Source: a virus. From it: a DNA stretch of 64,000 nucleotides. The DNA lies in the IMG/VR virus record IMGVR_UViG_3300047157_000105, positions 1 to 64,000 of that record, one strand, 5' to 3'. The notes under the pieces were generated by a model. It was not told where the DNA came from. It made no database searches and saw only the letters and a list, made by a program, of their open reading frames with translations. Numbering within the stretch: position 1 is the first letter of the stretch; each line of letters opens with the position of its first letter. A program made the position numbers and the translations under genes. Below are positions 29,949 to 40,247 of the stretch, piece by piece.

Positions 29949-30872
29949 ATGGCTACATCAGTATACTTTTCAGGTGCAGTAAGATCTGAACAGGATCTAT
30001 ACGAGGATCTTGTCACAGAAAGCATCAAAATATTTGGGCAAGACGTGGTATATCTACCACGAGAGTCATTAGGTGAAGATGCCTTATTAAATGAAGAGTG
30101 GGCTCAATACACACAAGCATATCCAGTAGAAATGTATTTAGAAAATCCTGAAGGTTTTGAAGGAGATGGCAATCTATTAGGTAAATTTGGTTTAGAGATT
30201 CGTGACCAAGCAAACTTTGTAGTTACTAAACGTAGATTTGCTCAGGCTGTTGGGCAGAATATTGTTGATGGCCAAAGTAAACCTAACGAAGGTGATCTGT
30301 TATATATGACAATGACCGGAAGATTATTTGAGATCAAATATGTAGAGCCTAAGAATCCATTCTATCAATTAGCAGATCTACCAAGTTATACAATGACTGC
30401 AGAGTTATTTGAATATAATGACCAGCATTTTGATACTGGTTGGGATGAGATTGATGCAATAGAATGGGATAATGCTACATCATATAGTTATATTGTTACA
30501 GCTGGTACGGCCAACTTTGAGCTTGGTGAATTAGTAACACAATGGACTGGATCAAATGATTCATCTGGTAACCCGATTAATATTGAAGGTTATGTTGCTG
30601 GTTGGGAAGGTACTGAAGCTAGAATAACAATTATATCTCCACATCAAAGCTTAAACGGTGATGGTACATTTATGACATTCTCTGTACAAGCTGCATCAAA
30701 TAGAAAACTTGTAGGTACTATATCAGGTACACAAACAAATATAACAATTGACCAGAGTGGTACTACGAAGACATTCTATAACCAAGATGTATTTGCTGAC
30801 AATGATGAATTCGAAGTTGCCGGTGATGATGTTATAGACTTTACAGAATCTAATCCGTTTGGAGATCCATAA
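29949..30872 (+). CDS. gp14: neck protein
   Basis: EQ.LYEDLV.ESIKIFGQDV.YLPR, KFGLEIRD, DFTESNPFG. Confidence 0.92.
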   Translation: MATSVYFSGAVRSEQDLYEDLVTESIKIFGQDVVYLPRESLGEDALLNEEWAQYTQAYPVEMYLENPEGFEGDGNLLGKFGLEIRDQANFVVTKRRFAQAVGQNIVDGQSKPNEGDLLYMTMTGRLFEIKYVEPKNPFYQLADLPSYTMTAELFEYNDQHFDTGWDEIDAIEWDNATSYSYIVTAGTANFELGELVTQWTGSNDSSGNPINIEGYVAGWEGTEARITIISPHQSLNGDGTFMTFSVQAASNRKLVGTISGTQTNITIDQSGTTKTFYNQDVFADNDEFEVAGDDVIDFTESNPFGDP

Positions 30873-31639
30873 TGTTTGAGAATCATTTCTATAATGAAAG
30901 TACAAGACGTATGGTATCTGTCTTTGGATCTATATTCAATGACATGGAAGTAGTCAAAAAGAATGCTGCTGGTAAAGTACTTACAAAGATAAAAGTTCCT
31001 TTAGGTTATGCACCTAGAACAAAAGTGCTTGCACGTTTAAATGAACAAACATCTGATCCGAAGCTAGCAATCAAATTACCAAGGTTGTCATTTGAAATAT
31101 CTTCTATGGAATATGACCCTGCAGCACGTGTATCAAAACATAAAAATTTCACAAAAGTTGTAACAGGAGATACATTACAATTACATAAACTCGGAGCACC
31201 CGCTGTTTATAAAGTTGGATTCGAATTAAATATTATGGCTTCTACGCAAGATGAAGCTCTGCAATTATTAGAGCAGATACTTCCAATGTTCCAGCCAGAA
31301 TATACAGTAACAATAAAAGATATTCCAAGTATGGATATCAAAACCGACACTCCAATTGTTTTAACGAGTGTTGCCTTAAATGATGATTATGAGGGTGATT
31401 TAGTTACGAGAAGAGCAATTATATATACGCTAGCTTTTGAAACTCGTATTCGTTATTATAGAGGTCTTGGTAAGAGCAAACAAATTCTTCAAACAGAAGT
31501 TGATTTTTCAGAAAATGTTGATCCTACTACTCATAAATTTGAGACGTTAGCGATAGACGGTAGAACCACATCTGATGGTGCGGGAGGCTTTAAAGAACCT
31601 TATACCGAAACGATTAACTTTTTTGACACTGATGTATAG
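30872..31639 (+). CDS. gp15: tail sheath stabiliser/terminator
   Basis: HFYNES.R....FGSIFN, VPLGYAP, LPRLSFE, EQILPMFQPEY. Confidence 0.92.
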   Translation: MFENHFYNESTRRMVSVFGSIFNDMEVVKKNAAGKVLTKIKVPLGYAPRTKVLARLNEQTSDPKLAIKLPRLSFEISSMEYDPAARVSKHKNFTKVVTGDTLQLHKLGAPAVYKVGFELNIMASTQDEALQLLEQILPMFQPEYTVTIKDIPSMDIKTDTPIVLTSVALNDDYEGDLVTRRAIIYTLAFETRIRYYRGLGKSKQILQTEVDFSENVDPTTHKFETLAIDGRTTSDGAGGFKEPYTETINFFDTDV

Positions 31640-31650
31640 AGGAGAATACA

Positions 31651-32130
31651 ATGTACAGATTTAATGCACGATTAGTAAAGGTTGTCGATGGAGATACCAT
31701 CGATGCAGATATAGAATTAGGTTTTTCTGTATTCATGAGGGATAGAATCCGTTTAATGGGTATAGATACACCTGAGAGTAGGACAAGAAATTTAGCAGAG
31801 AAATCATGGGGACTTGCTGCTAAACACAGATTAATTGAACTATTGGCAGAAGCTGATGGACATTTTACTCTAGTAACCGAAGATATGGAGAAAGGTAAAT
31901 TCGGAAGAGTATTAGGTACGATTGAGGTTAACGGTAAAGATGCTAACCAAAGTCTTATCGAAGAGAACCTAGCTATACCATATGAAGGTGGCAATAAAGA
32001 TGAGAGCCGCACGAAGTATGGTGTAATGGAGCTATGGAATACATATTATGAAAACCCACAGGAACACGATGATGACCATGAACACGGAGAAGAGAATCCA
32101 GAAGCACACATTGACTGGCACGAAAAGTAA
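31651..32130 (+). CDS. thermonuclease (SNase-like)
   Basis: KVVDGDTID, RIRLMGIDTPE, GKFGRVLG. Confidence 0.9.
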   Translation: MYRFNARLVKVVDGDTIDADIELGFSVFMRDRIRLMGIDTPESRTRNLAEKSWGLAAKHRLIELLAEADGHFTLVTEDMEKGKFGRVLGTIEVNGKDANQSLIEENLAIPYEGGNKDESRTKYGVMELWNTYYENPQEHDDDHEHGEENPEAHIDWHEK

Positions 32131-32470
32131 AATCGATCAGGACTTCGAAAGAGTCCGTAGAGATTTATTTGATTTGTCAACGCAAGGTGAAGAAGCTATA
32201 GAGCTTATGATGGAACTTGCACGTGAGTCTGAGCACCCAAGAGCTTTTGAAGTTCTTGGGCAATTAATTAAACAAAATGCTGAGATAGGCGAAAAAGTTT
32301 TAAAGCTTCATAAGAGCAAGAAAGAACAGGATAAAACTGATGAACCTACAGCAATTGCTCAACAAGCAGCAACGAATAACAATGTTTTTATAGGTAGCAC
32401 AGCAGAGCTACAGAAGATGTTACGTGATGAAAAGGTAATAGAAACAGAACCGGATTTATTTGAAAAATGA
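32048..32470 (+). CDS. gp16: terminase small subunit
   Basis: DFE..R..L, SEHPRAFEV.GQLIK, NNVFIGSTAELQKML; start uncertain. Confidence 0.88.
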   Translation: MKTHRNTMMTMNTEKRIQKHTLTGTKSKIDQDFERVRRDLFDLSTQGEEAIELMMELARESEHPRAFEVLGQLIKQNAEIGEKVLKLHKSKKEQDKTDEPTAIAQQAATNNNVFIGSTAELQKMLRDEKVIETEPDLFEK

Positions 32471-34033
32471 GAGAAACAAACTACTTAGGCAATCCGAATG
32501 TTCGGGGGTGCCGATGTAGAACATCCATGGACTAAAGAGGAATTAGTTGAATACAAAAAATGTTTAGATGACCCTAAATATTTTGCTAAGAAGTATTGTA
32601 AAGTAATCCACCTCGACAAAGGCTTAATACCCTTTGACCTATACCCGTATCAAGAGAAAATGTTTGACTCATTTACGGCCCATCGCTTTAATATAGTTCT
32701 GGCATGTCGTCAGAGCGGTAAATCTATTGCTGTGGTCGCGTATCTTCTATGGTATGCTATATTCAAAGGGGAACAGGTTGTAGGTGTACTTGCAAATAAA
32801 GAAGCAATTGCAAGAGAGATGTTAGCACGTATTACTCTCATGTTAGAAAACCTACCATTCTTTCTACAACCAGGGTGTACTGCACTTAATAAGAAGTCTA
32901 TAGGCTTCTCAAATAATAGTAGAATCATTGCTGCAGCCACATCATCAAGCTCTATTCGTGGTATGTCACTTAATCTTGTTTACCTCGATGAGTTTGCATT
33001 TGTAGATAACGCTGCAGAATTTTATACATCAACATATCCAGTTATCTCATCTGGTAAAACATCTAAGATTATTATCACATCTACAGCCAATGGTATTGGT
33101 AATATGTACCATAAACTATATGAAGGTGCTGTGCAAGGAACAAATGAATTTACACCAACTCGTGTAGACTGGTGGGATGTACCAGGAAGAGATGAAGATT
33201 GGAAGAAGATGACAATAGAGAATACATCCGAACTCCAGTTTGACCAGGAATTCGGCAATAGTTTTCACGGTACAGGAAACACATTAATATCTGCTGATAT
33301 ATTATTAGCGTTAAGATCTGCAGAGCCACAGGAATACTATAACAATGTAAAGATCTTTGACCACCCTCAAGAAGGTCATAATTATATCATGTTTGTCGAT
33401 GTATCTCGTGGAAGAGGTCAAGATTATTCAACATTTACAATTATAGATATATCATGTAACCCCTTTGCACAGGTATGTACATACCGTGATAATATGATAA
33501 GCCCTTTATTATTTCCTGACCTGTTATACAAGTATGCTACACACTATAACGAAGCTCATGTTGTAGTTGAATCAAACGATGCAGGACAAGTTGTATGTAA
33601 TGGTTTATATTATGATTTAGAATATGAGAACGTATTCGTAGAATCTATGGTGAAAGCAAATGCAATCGGTGTTACTATGACAAGTAAAGTTAAAAGGATT
33701 GGATGTTCTAACCTTCGTGATATTATGTCACAGAAGAAGTTAATAATAAAAGATGAAGAAACAATTCGAGAAATGTCGACATTTGTAGCAAAAGGATCTT
33801 CATACCAAGCAGATTCTAACTCACATGATGATCTTATGATGAATTTAGTGATGTTTGGATGGTTCACATCCACACCATTCTTTGCAGAATCAACCGATAT
33901 TAATATGAAAACATTGTTATATAAACAAAAAGTACAGCAATTAGAAGATGAAGTCATACCTGTAGGGCATATGCCTCAGCATGAAGAAGGCAATCATCCG
34001 TTCGGGCCTGGGTGGCAAACCTATAAACCTTAA
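32467..34033 (+). CDS. gp17: terminase large subunit (extra G in run 32504-32508)
   Basis: MRETNYLGNPNV then ..RQSGKS (Walker A), YLDEFAF, STANG, FDQEF, DVSRG, HDDL. Confidence 0.95.
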
Positions 34034-34037
34034 TAAG

Positions 34038-34087
34038 TATAAATAAGTATATTGAGAAAATTCGTATTATGATAAATCTTATAAATA
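34038..34087 (+). promoter_or_regulatory. tandem late promoters
   Basis: TATAAATA at 34038 and 34080 upstream of gp18. Confidence 0.75.
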
Positions 34088-34106
34088 ACATGACAAAGGA
34101 ATAAAT

Positions 34107-35798
34107 ATGGCAGATCTATACTCACCTGGCGTACAGGTAAAAGAAATTGATTTGACTAATGTCGTACCGTCGGTATCATCTACAATAGGAGCTATGGCTG
34201 GAGCATTCCAGTGGGGCCCATGCGAAGAGATAACTACTGTAACTAGCGAAACGGAATTAGTAGATCAGTTTGGAAAACCAAATGCAGATACGTTTGAAAG
34301 CGTTCTGTCGGCAGCCCAATTTTTAAGTTATGGCAACGCGCTAAAAGTTGTCAGAGCTGTAGGAACATCAGCACGTAACGCGACAGCGTCAGGTACTGGA
34401 ATTTTAGCAAAAAATGATAGCCACTTTGATACATTAACAATTGCAGCTGGAGATTGGGTTATGGCCCGTCATCCTGGTGTTATAGGTACGGCGTTAACTG
34501 TAGAAGTTGCAACTGATCCATCATCTTGGACAGCTAACGCAAGTTGGAAATTATGGACTGATAGTGCTCCTGGCACATCAGCTGGAGCCGCTGCAGTAGG
34601 TGGTTCAAATGATGAAATTCATATCGTAGTTAGAGATTTTACTGGTGCTATAACAGGAACAGCTGGTTCAGTTCTTGAATCTTTTCAACACTTAAGTCAA
34701 GCTAATGATGTTAAAGCAGAAGACGGTACAACTCTATACTATAAAGATCATATTAATGCAAGATCAAAATGGATTCGTATCGGAAATCACTCAGCAGCAA
34801 GTGGAAAAGCATTAACAGATGCAGGAGAATCAGCAGCAGGTAATGCATTTACAAGAGTGAATGTATTCTTTTCTAATCTGTCTGGTGGAGTAGATGATAA
34901 TGCGTTAACTTTAGGTGAAACTACTGCTATGTATAATAAATTTGCTGATGCAGAAACAGTTGATTTAAGTTTAGTGTTCCAAGCAAACTCAGGATTAAGC
35001 AATACTGAGACAAGAACATTAAGTAATTATATAACTGCACTATGTGCAGCAAGAAAAGATGCAGTGGGTTTTGTCTCTCCTGAAAGAGCGGCAACGGTTG
35101 GCGTAGCAGTACCGCTTACTCCGGTAGCAGCATGGAGAACAAATTTAACTTCAACGTCTTACGGCTTTGCAGATTCAAGTTCTCTATATGTTTACGATAA
35201 GTACAATGATGTTTATCGTTGGATATGTGCAGCTGGATCTATGGCAGGACTAGCAGCAAATGCGGATTTAACTGCAGATGCATGGTTCTCACCAGCTGGA
35301 TTCACGAGAGGTAATGTTCGAAATGTTACTAAACTAGCATGGAACCCTAACCAAGCGGATAGAGATGAGTTATATAGGACAGGTGTAAACCCGATTGTAA
35401 CTTTCCCTGGTCAAGGTACAGTGTTATTTGGTGACAAAACAATACAATCTAAAGCAAGTGCATTTGATAGAATCAATGTTCGTAGATTGTTTATTGTTCT
35501 TGAGAAAGCAGTATCTACAGCGTCGAAAGCATCATTATTCGAATTTAATGATGAATTTACGAGAGCTCAATTTAGAAATATGGTTGAGCCATTTTTGAGA
35601 GATGTTCAGGGAAGAAGAGGTATTACAGACTTTAAGGTTGTTTGTGATGGTACTAATAACACTGGTAACATTATAGATAGCAATAAGTTTGTTGCTGATA
35701 TTTATGTCAAACCTGCAAGATCTATTAACTTTATAACATTAAACTTTATTGCCACGAGAACTGGTGTTGAGTTTAGTGAAATTGCAGGAGGTAATTAA
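34107..35798 (+). CDS. gp18: tail sheath protein
   Basis: SPGVQVKEIDLT, WFSPAG..RG, FDRINVRRLF, KPARSINFITLNF. Confidence 0.96.
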   Translation: MADLYSPGVQVKEIDLTNVVPSVSSTIGAMAGAFQWGPCEEITTVTSETELVDQFGKPNADTFESVLSAAQFLSYGNALKVVRAVGTSARNATASGTGILAKNDSHFDTLTIAAGDWVMARHPGVIGTALTVEVATDPSSWTANASWKLWTDSAPGTSAGAAAVGGSNDEIHIVVRDFTGAITGTAGSVLESFQHLSQANDVKAEDGTTLYYKDHINARSKWIRIGNHSAASGKALTDAGESAAGNAFTRVNVFFSNLSGGVDDNALTLGETTAMYNKFADAETVDLSLVFQANSGLSNTETRTLSNYITALCAARKDAVGFVSPERAATVGVAVPLTPVAAWRTNLTSTSYGFADSSSLYVYDKYNDVYRWICAAGSMAGLAANADLTADAWFSPAGFTRGNVRNVTKLAWNPNQADRDELYRTGVNPIVTFPGQGTVLFGDKTIQSKASAFDRINVRRLFIVLEKAVSTASKASLFEFNDEFTRAQFRNMVEPFLRDVQGRRGITDFKVVCDGTNNTGNIIDSNKFVADIYVKPARSINFITLNFIATRTGVEFSEIAGGN

Positions 35799-35800
35799 TC

Positions 35801-36352
35801 ATGGCGATTTTAGGCGTAGATGATATAAAAGCCCAATTACAGGGCGGCGGAGCAAGACCTAATCTATTCCAGGTCACTATGAACTTTCCAGCTGGTATAA
35901 CTGGCAGAGCAAGCAACTTGACTGGGGCTGGACAAACTAAAGCTAGTTATATGTGTAAAATGGCTTCATTGCCAGGTAGCACTATTGCACCAATTGAGGT
36001 TCCTTTTAGGGGTCGTAAATTGCAAATAGCTGGTGATAGAACATTTGATCCTTGGAGTATTACTGTAATAAATGATACTGACTTTGGTGTACGTAACAAA
36101 TATGAAGAGTGGATGAACGAGATTAACGAGCATAAAAGAAATACTGGATTAACAGATCCTACTTCTTATATGGCTGATATGATTGTTGATCAACTTGATA
36201 AAGATGGTACAGTACTAAAGAGTTATGATATCAGAGGAACTTTTCCTACAACTTTAGGACCGATCGAGCTTGACTATGGCTCAGAGAACGTTATCGAAGA
36301 GTTTGAGGTTGAGTTACAAATACAGTATTGGGAGTCTAATACAACAACGTAA
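35801..36352 (+). CDS. gp19: tail tube protein
   Basis: GGARPNLF, PFRGR.L.IAGDRTF..W.ITV.ND. Confidence 0.95.
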   Translation: MAILGVDDIKAQLQGGGARPNLFQVTMNFPAGITGRASNLTGAGQTKASYMCKMASLPGSTIAPIEVPFRGRKLQIAGDRTFDPWSITVINDTDFGVRNKYEEWMNEINEHKRNTGLTDPTSYMADMIVDQLDKDGTVLKSYDIRGTFPTTLGPIELDYGSENVIEEFEVELQIQYWESNTTT

Positions 36353-36370
36353 ATCATCGATATAACATAA

Positions 36371-36396
36371 GGAGTGCCTTCGGGCACTCTTTCTTA
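36371..36396 (+). terminator. intrinsic terminator with cUUCGg loop
   Basis: GAGTGCC-TTCG-GGCACTC then TTTCTT. Confidence 0.85.
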
Positions 36397-36401
36397 AGTG
36401 T

Positions 36402-36409
36402 TATAAATA
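36402..36409 (+). promoter_or_regulatory. late promoter TATAAATA
   Basis: Upstream of gp20. Confidence 0.75.
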
Positions 36410-36444
36410 ATATTTAAGAAAGAGTGTTTAAGGAATAAAATTTT

Positions 36445-37950
36445 ATGGCAGAAAGCAGATCACTATTTGGTTTTGAATTTAAAAGAAAATCAATAGAGCA
36501 AAACAAAAAACCAGTATCGTTTACCCCAGATAACGAGGATGGTGCATATGAGATATCACCAACAGGTGGTTATTTTGGTCAATACATGGATCTTAGTGGA
36601 GATAAGTATCAATCCGATAAAGATCTAATCATGAAATATCGATCGATAGCTGCATATCCTGAAGTAGATATGGCTATTGAAGATATATGTAATGAAGCAA
36701 TTACAGATGAGAATGGTGTTATCGCTAAGCTAAACCTTGATAACCTAGACCAAGCAGATAAAGTTAAAGAGCTTATTCAAGATGAATTTCAAAGGATTCT
36801 TAATTTAACTAACTTCTCATCTACAGCATACGACACATTTAGACGTTGGTATATTGATGGACGTTTATTCTATCATGTTATTATTAATCCAAATAAGACT
36901 GATGCTGGTATAATTGAATTAAGACAGATAGATCCTACAAAGATTCGTAAGATTAAAGAAACTGAGAAGGTTAAAGATCCTAAGACTGGTGCTGATCTTG
37001 TTAAAGAAGTTGCTGAGTATTATTTGTACCAAGATGATTCAATGACTCAAAATGGTGAGGGTTTACGTATTAACACTGATGCTATTATTCAGGTTAACTC
37101 AGGAATGTTAAATGAAGAACGTAATAAGGTTGTTGGCTATTTAAATAAAGCCCTTAAACCTATTAATCAATTAAGTATGATGGAAGACTCACTTGTTATC
37201 TATCGTATATCTAGAGCACCTGAACGTAGAATATTTTATATTGATGTTGGTAATCTACCTAAAGGTAAAGCAGAAGAATATTTAAATAGCACGATGAATA
37301 GATATCGTAATAAGATCGTATATGATCCTGCTACGGGTAATATTAAAGATGAGAAGGTTCATCGTAATATTATGGAAGATTTTTGGTTACCACGTAGAGA
37401 GGGCGGTCGTGGTACTGAGATTGATACTCTACCTGGTGGTTCTAACCTTGGTGAGATCGAAGATATTCAATACTTCCAAAACAAATTATATAGGTCTTTA
37501 AATATACCTATGTCAAGATTGACTGAAGCAGATGCATTTTCTGTTGGTCGATCTTCAGAAATTACGCGTGACGAACTTAAATTCCAGAAATTTATTGATC
37601 GTATTCGTAATAAGTTCTCAACACTATTTTATGAAGCACTGAAAAGGCAGTTAATCCTGAAGAAGATTATTGTGCCAAGTGACTGGGTAAATATCCGCGA
37701 AGATATAGTTGTTGAGTATTCTAGAGATAACTACTATGCTGAATTGAAGGATGCAGAAATCCTTCGTGAAAGAATAGAAATGGTACAAATGTTAGATGAA
37801 TATATTGGTACGTTCTGGTCTAAAGACTGGGTACGTAGAAATATTCTTAAACTTACTGATGAAGATATTAAACAAATCGCTAAGGATAATAAAGATGATC
37901 CAGTTACACCGGATGATTTCAATCCTGATTTGTCTAATTCAGCGATATAA
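36445..37950 (+). CDS. gp20: portal protein
   Basis: YRISRAPERRIFYIDVGNLPK.KAE.Y, EDFWLPRREGGRGTEI.TLPGG. Confidence 0.97.
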   Translation: MAESRSLFGFEFKRKSIEQNKKPVSFTPDNEDGAYEISPTGGYFGQYMDLSGDKYQSDKDLIMKYRSIAAYPEVDMAIEDICNEAITDENGVIAKLNLDNLDQADKVKELIQDEFQRILNLTNFSSTAYDTFRRWYIDGRLFYHVIINPNKTDAGIIELRQIDPTKIRKIKETEKVKDPKTGADLVKEVAEYYLYQDDSMTQNGEGLRINTDAIIQVNSGMLNEERNKVVGYLNKALKPINQLSMMEDSLVIYRISRAPERRIFYIDVGNLPKGKAEEYLNSTMNRYRNKIVYDPATGNIKDEKVHRNIMEDFWLPRREGGRGTEIDTLPGGSNLGEIEDIQYFQNKLYRSLNIPMSRLTEADAFSVGRSSEITRDELKFQKFIDRIRNKFSTLFYEALKRQLILKKIIVPSDWVNIREDIVVEYSRDNYYAELKDAEILRERIEMVQMLDEYIGTFWSKDWVRRNILKLTDEDIKQIAKDNKDDPVTPDDFNPDLSNSAI

Positions 37951-37990
37951 ACATAATGTATACATAAAGTTTACTGGAAATAAACATTTT

Positions 37991-37998
37991 TATAAATA
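37991..37998 (+). promoter_or_regulatory. late promoter TATAAATA
   Basis: Upstream of prohead core genes. Confidence 0.75.
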
Positions 37999-38013
37999 CT
38001 TAACAGAGAGATT

Positions 38014-38235
38014 ATGAACACAAGAGAATTAATTGATAATATAAAATCGGGTGATGCGCAAGCAAGCAACAATACTTTTAATAGTATTATGCATGATAAA
38101 TTGATTGACGCATTAGATAATCATAAACAAGAAGTTGCTTCTAAAATGTATGGAGCATCTGATAACGCTCCTGCAGTTGAAGAACCTGCGATGGAGACAG
38201 AGACAGGAGAAGTTGAAGCGGATGCTGACGTTTAA
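38014..38235 (+). CDS. prohead core protein (gp67-like)
   Basis: Small acidic protein between gp20 and gp21. Confidence 0.6.
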   Translation: MNTRELIDNIKSGDAQASNNTFNSIMHDKLIDALDNHKQEVASKMYGASDNAPAVEEPAMETETGEVEADADV

Positions 38236-38452
38236 GGAATCATTTAATGAAGTAATCGAAGCTAAATTAAAGCTCCCGAAAGGTGAAAAGGTAGCCAAGG
38301 AATTAAAAAAACTTGGAAAAAAGAAAAATGTGAGTGCTGTTATCACAAGCAAGTTTAATCTTTATATTGATGGCGTTAAGCTTGATAAGTTTAAAGATAT
38401 GGCTAGTGCTGAAAAAGCAGTTAAAGAATTCATCAAATTAATGGGAGCATAA
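38222..38452 (+). CDS. prohead core protein (gp68-like)
   Basis: MLTFKESF..IEAK start at 38222; syntenic position. Confidence 0.55.
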   Translation: MLTFKESFNEVIEAKLKLPKGEKVAKELKKLGKKKNVSAVITSKFNLYIDGVKLDKFKDMASAEKAVKEFIKLMGA

Positions 38453-39103
38453 ATGAAGTTAATCACAGAATATACTCAGAATCAGTTGGGTTATTCTATC
38501 CAAGAGGATAAGAAAACTGGCAAGAAGAATGTCGTACTTGAAGGCGTCTTCATGCAAGCTGAGAATAAGAACAAGAATGGTAGAATTTATACTAGAGAAG
38601 TTCTTACAAGAGCCGTTGATAAATTTGTTAACGAGCAAGTAATTACAGGCCGTGCAGTTGGTGAGCTAAATCACCCTGATGGGCCTTCCATTAATTTGGA
38701 TAAAGTTTCTCACAGAATTACCGAACTTAATTGGGATGGTAATAATGTGATGGGAAAAGCACTTATTTTGGATACACCTATGGGACAGATTGTAAAAGGT
38801 CTTGTTGAGGGTGGCGTTCAACTAGGAGTGTCAAGTCGTGGTATGGGAAGCCTTTCAATGAAGAATGGTGTTAACTATGTAGCTGATGATTTCATGCTAA
38901 ACACAGTTGATATTGTTCAGGATCCTTCTGCCCCTAATGCGTTTGTTAACGGCATTATGGAAGGAGTTTCTTATGAGCAGGATAGACCTGGTCATTTTGT
39001 GAAGGTAATTGATGAAGGTGAGACAGAAGTGAAAGAATCTAAAGAGATGTTCTCGGAAGAGCAACAGATCGCAGGTTTTGAGCATTTCCTCTCTAAACTA
39101 TAA
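38453..39103 (+). CDS. gp21: prohead protease
   Basis: MKLITE, GELNHP, LDTPMG, GVSSRGMGS, DPSAPNAFV. Confidence 0.96.
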   Translation: MKLITEYTQNQLGYSIQEDKKTGKKNVVLEGVFMQAENKNKNGRIYTREVLTRAVDKFVNEQVITGRAVGELNHPDGPSINLDKVSHRITELNWDGNNVMGKALILDTPMGQIVKGLVEGGVQLGVSSRGMGSLSMKNGVNYVADDFMLNTVDIVQDPSAPNAFVNGIMEGVSYEQDRPGHFVKVIDEGETEVKESKEMFSEEQQIAGFEHFLSKL

Positions 39104-39123
39104 TCTCTATAGGAGAAAACATA

Positions 39124-40233
39124 ATGTCTGAAGTTAAAGACGAAATTGTTGAAGATGTAGCAGAGGTTATCGTAGAGGATACGGAAGTAGAAGCAACGGT
39201 AGAAGTACCTGAAGCACCTCTTACGGAAGCTCGTACAGTATCAGCAATACAAGCCTCTATGACAGGAATGTCTAAAGAGGGCCTTGACGCCATCTTTGAA
39301 GCAGCGAAAAAAGCAGAAGCGAAAGCTAAAGTGGAAGACGATGAAGAAGAAGAGGACGATGAAGGTGATGAGGACGAAGGCGATGTAGAAGAAGGAAAGT
39401 CTAAGAAAGAGCAAGTAGACGGAGAAAAAGATCTAGACACAGCTAAAGCTAAGAAAAAGAAAAAGACAGCTGATGATGGATCTGAAATCGAAGTAACTGC
39501 TGAGAAGAAGAAATTTAAAGAAGATGTTGAAGCGTTAATTAAAGACGAAGATACATTATCTGAAGGTTTCAAAGCGAAAGCTGAGACTATTTTTGAAGCT
39601 GCACTGCAATCAAAAATCATTTCTGAAACTGCAAAATTAGAAGAGAGATATGCTTCTGATCTAGCAGGTGAAGTTGAAGCTATTAAAGAAGATTTAGTTG
39701 ACAAGGTTGACGGCTACTTAACATATGTAGTTGAAAACTGGATGAAGGATAACGAAGTTGCGATTGAGCATTCTTTGAAGTCTGAAATCACTGAGTCATT
39801 CATTGATTCACTAGGCCAGTTATTTGCTGAGCATCACATCAACGTTCCTGAAGATAAAGGTGACATCTTAGATGCACTATCTGAAGAAGCGAAAGATGCT
39901 AAAGCTCAATTAAATGACGAAACTGCAAGAGCTATGGAACTTGCTGAGCAAGTTAAAACTTACCAACGTAAGGATATCGTAGCAGAAGCATGTGAAGGCT
40001 TAGCGGCAACTGAAGCAGCAAAAGTAAAAGAATTAGCAGAGGCTGTTGAAGCTGATGATAATCAAGCTTTTGCATCTAAAGTAGCTACAATTAAGGAATC
40101 TTACCTTAAGAAAGATACCGCGGTAGAAGCAACTCCGGAAGTTGATGCTATTACTGAGGATACACAAGAACAAGATGTTTCTGATAATATGAAGAGATAT
40201 CTAAGCGCAATCGAGCGCACAACATCCATCTAA
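39124..40233 (+). CDS. gp22: prohead scaffolding protein
   Basis: Acidic; LSEGFK.KA.TIFEAA, VD.YL.YVVE.WM..N.VAIE. Confidence 0.92.
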   Translation: MSEVKDEIVEDVAEVIVEDTEVEATVEVPEAPLTEARTVSAIQASMTGMSKEGLDAIFEAAKKAEAKAKVEDDEEEEDDEGDEDEGDVEEGKSKKEQVDGEKDLDTAKAKKKKKTADDGSEIEVTAEKKKFKEDVEALIKDEDTLSEGFKAKAETIFEAALQSKIISETAKLEERYASDLAGEVEAIKEDLVDKVDGYLTYVVENWMKDNEVAIEHSLKSEITESFIDSLGQLFAEHHINVPEDKGDILDALSEEAKDAKAQLNDETARAMELAEQVKTYQRKDIVAEACEGLAATEAAKVKELAEAVEADDNQAFASKVATIKESYLKKDTAVEATPEVDAITEDTQEQDVSDNMKRYLSAIERTTSI

Positions 40234-40247
40234 TAGGAGAATTTTAA

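Noticed and set aside
32498-32510. Programmed frameshift in terminase, and likewise in gp43 at ~63335
   Set aside because: Single-base homopolymer differences restore the conserved proteins; no stimulatory structure seen; similar errors occur elsewhere.
37946-37975. dif-like site (CATAATGTATA)
   Set aside because: Only the centre and part of one arm resemble dif; the second arm does not match.
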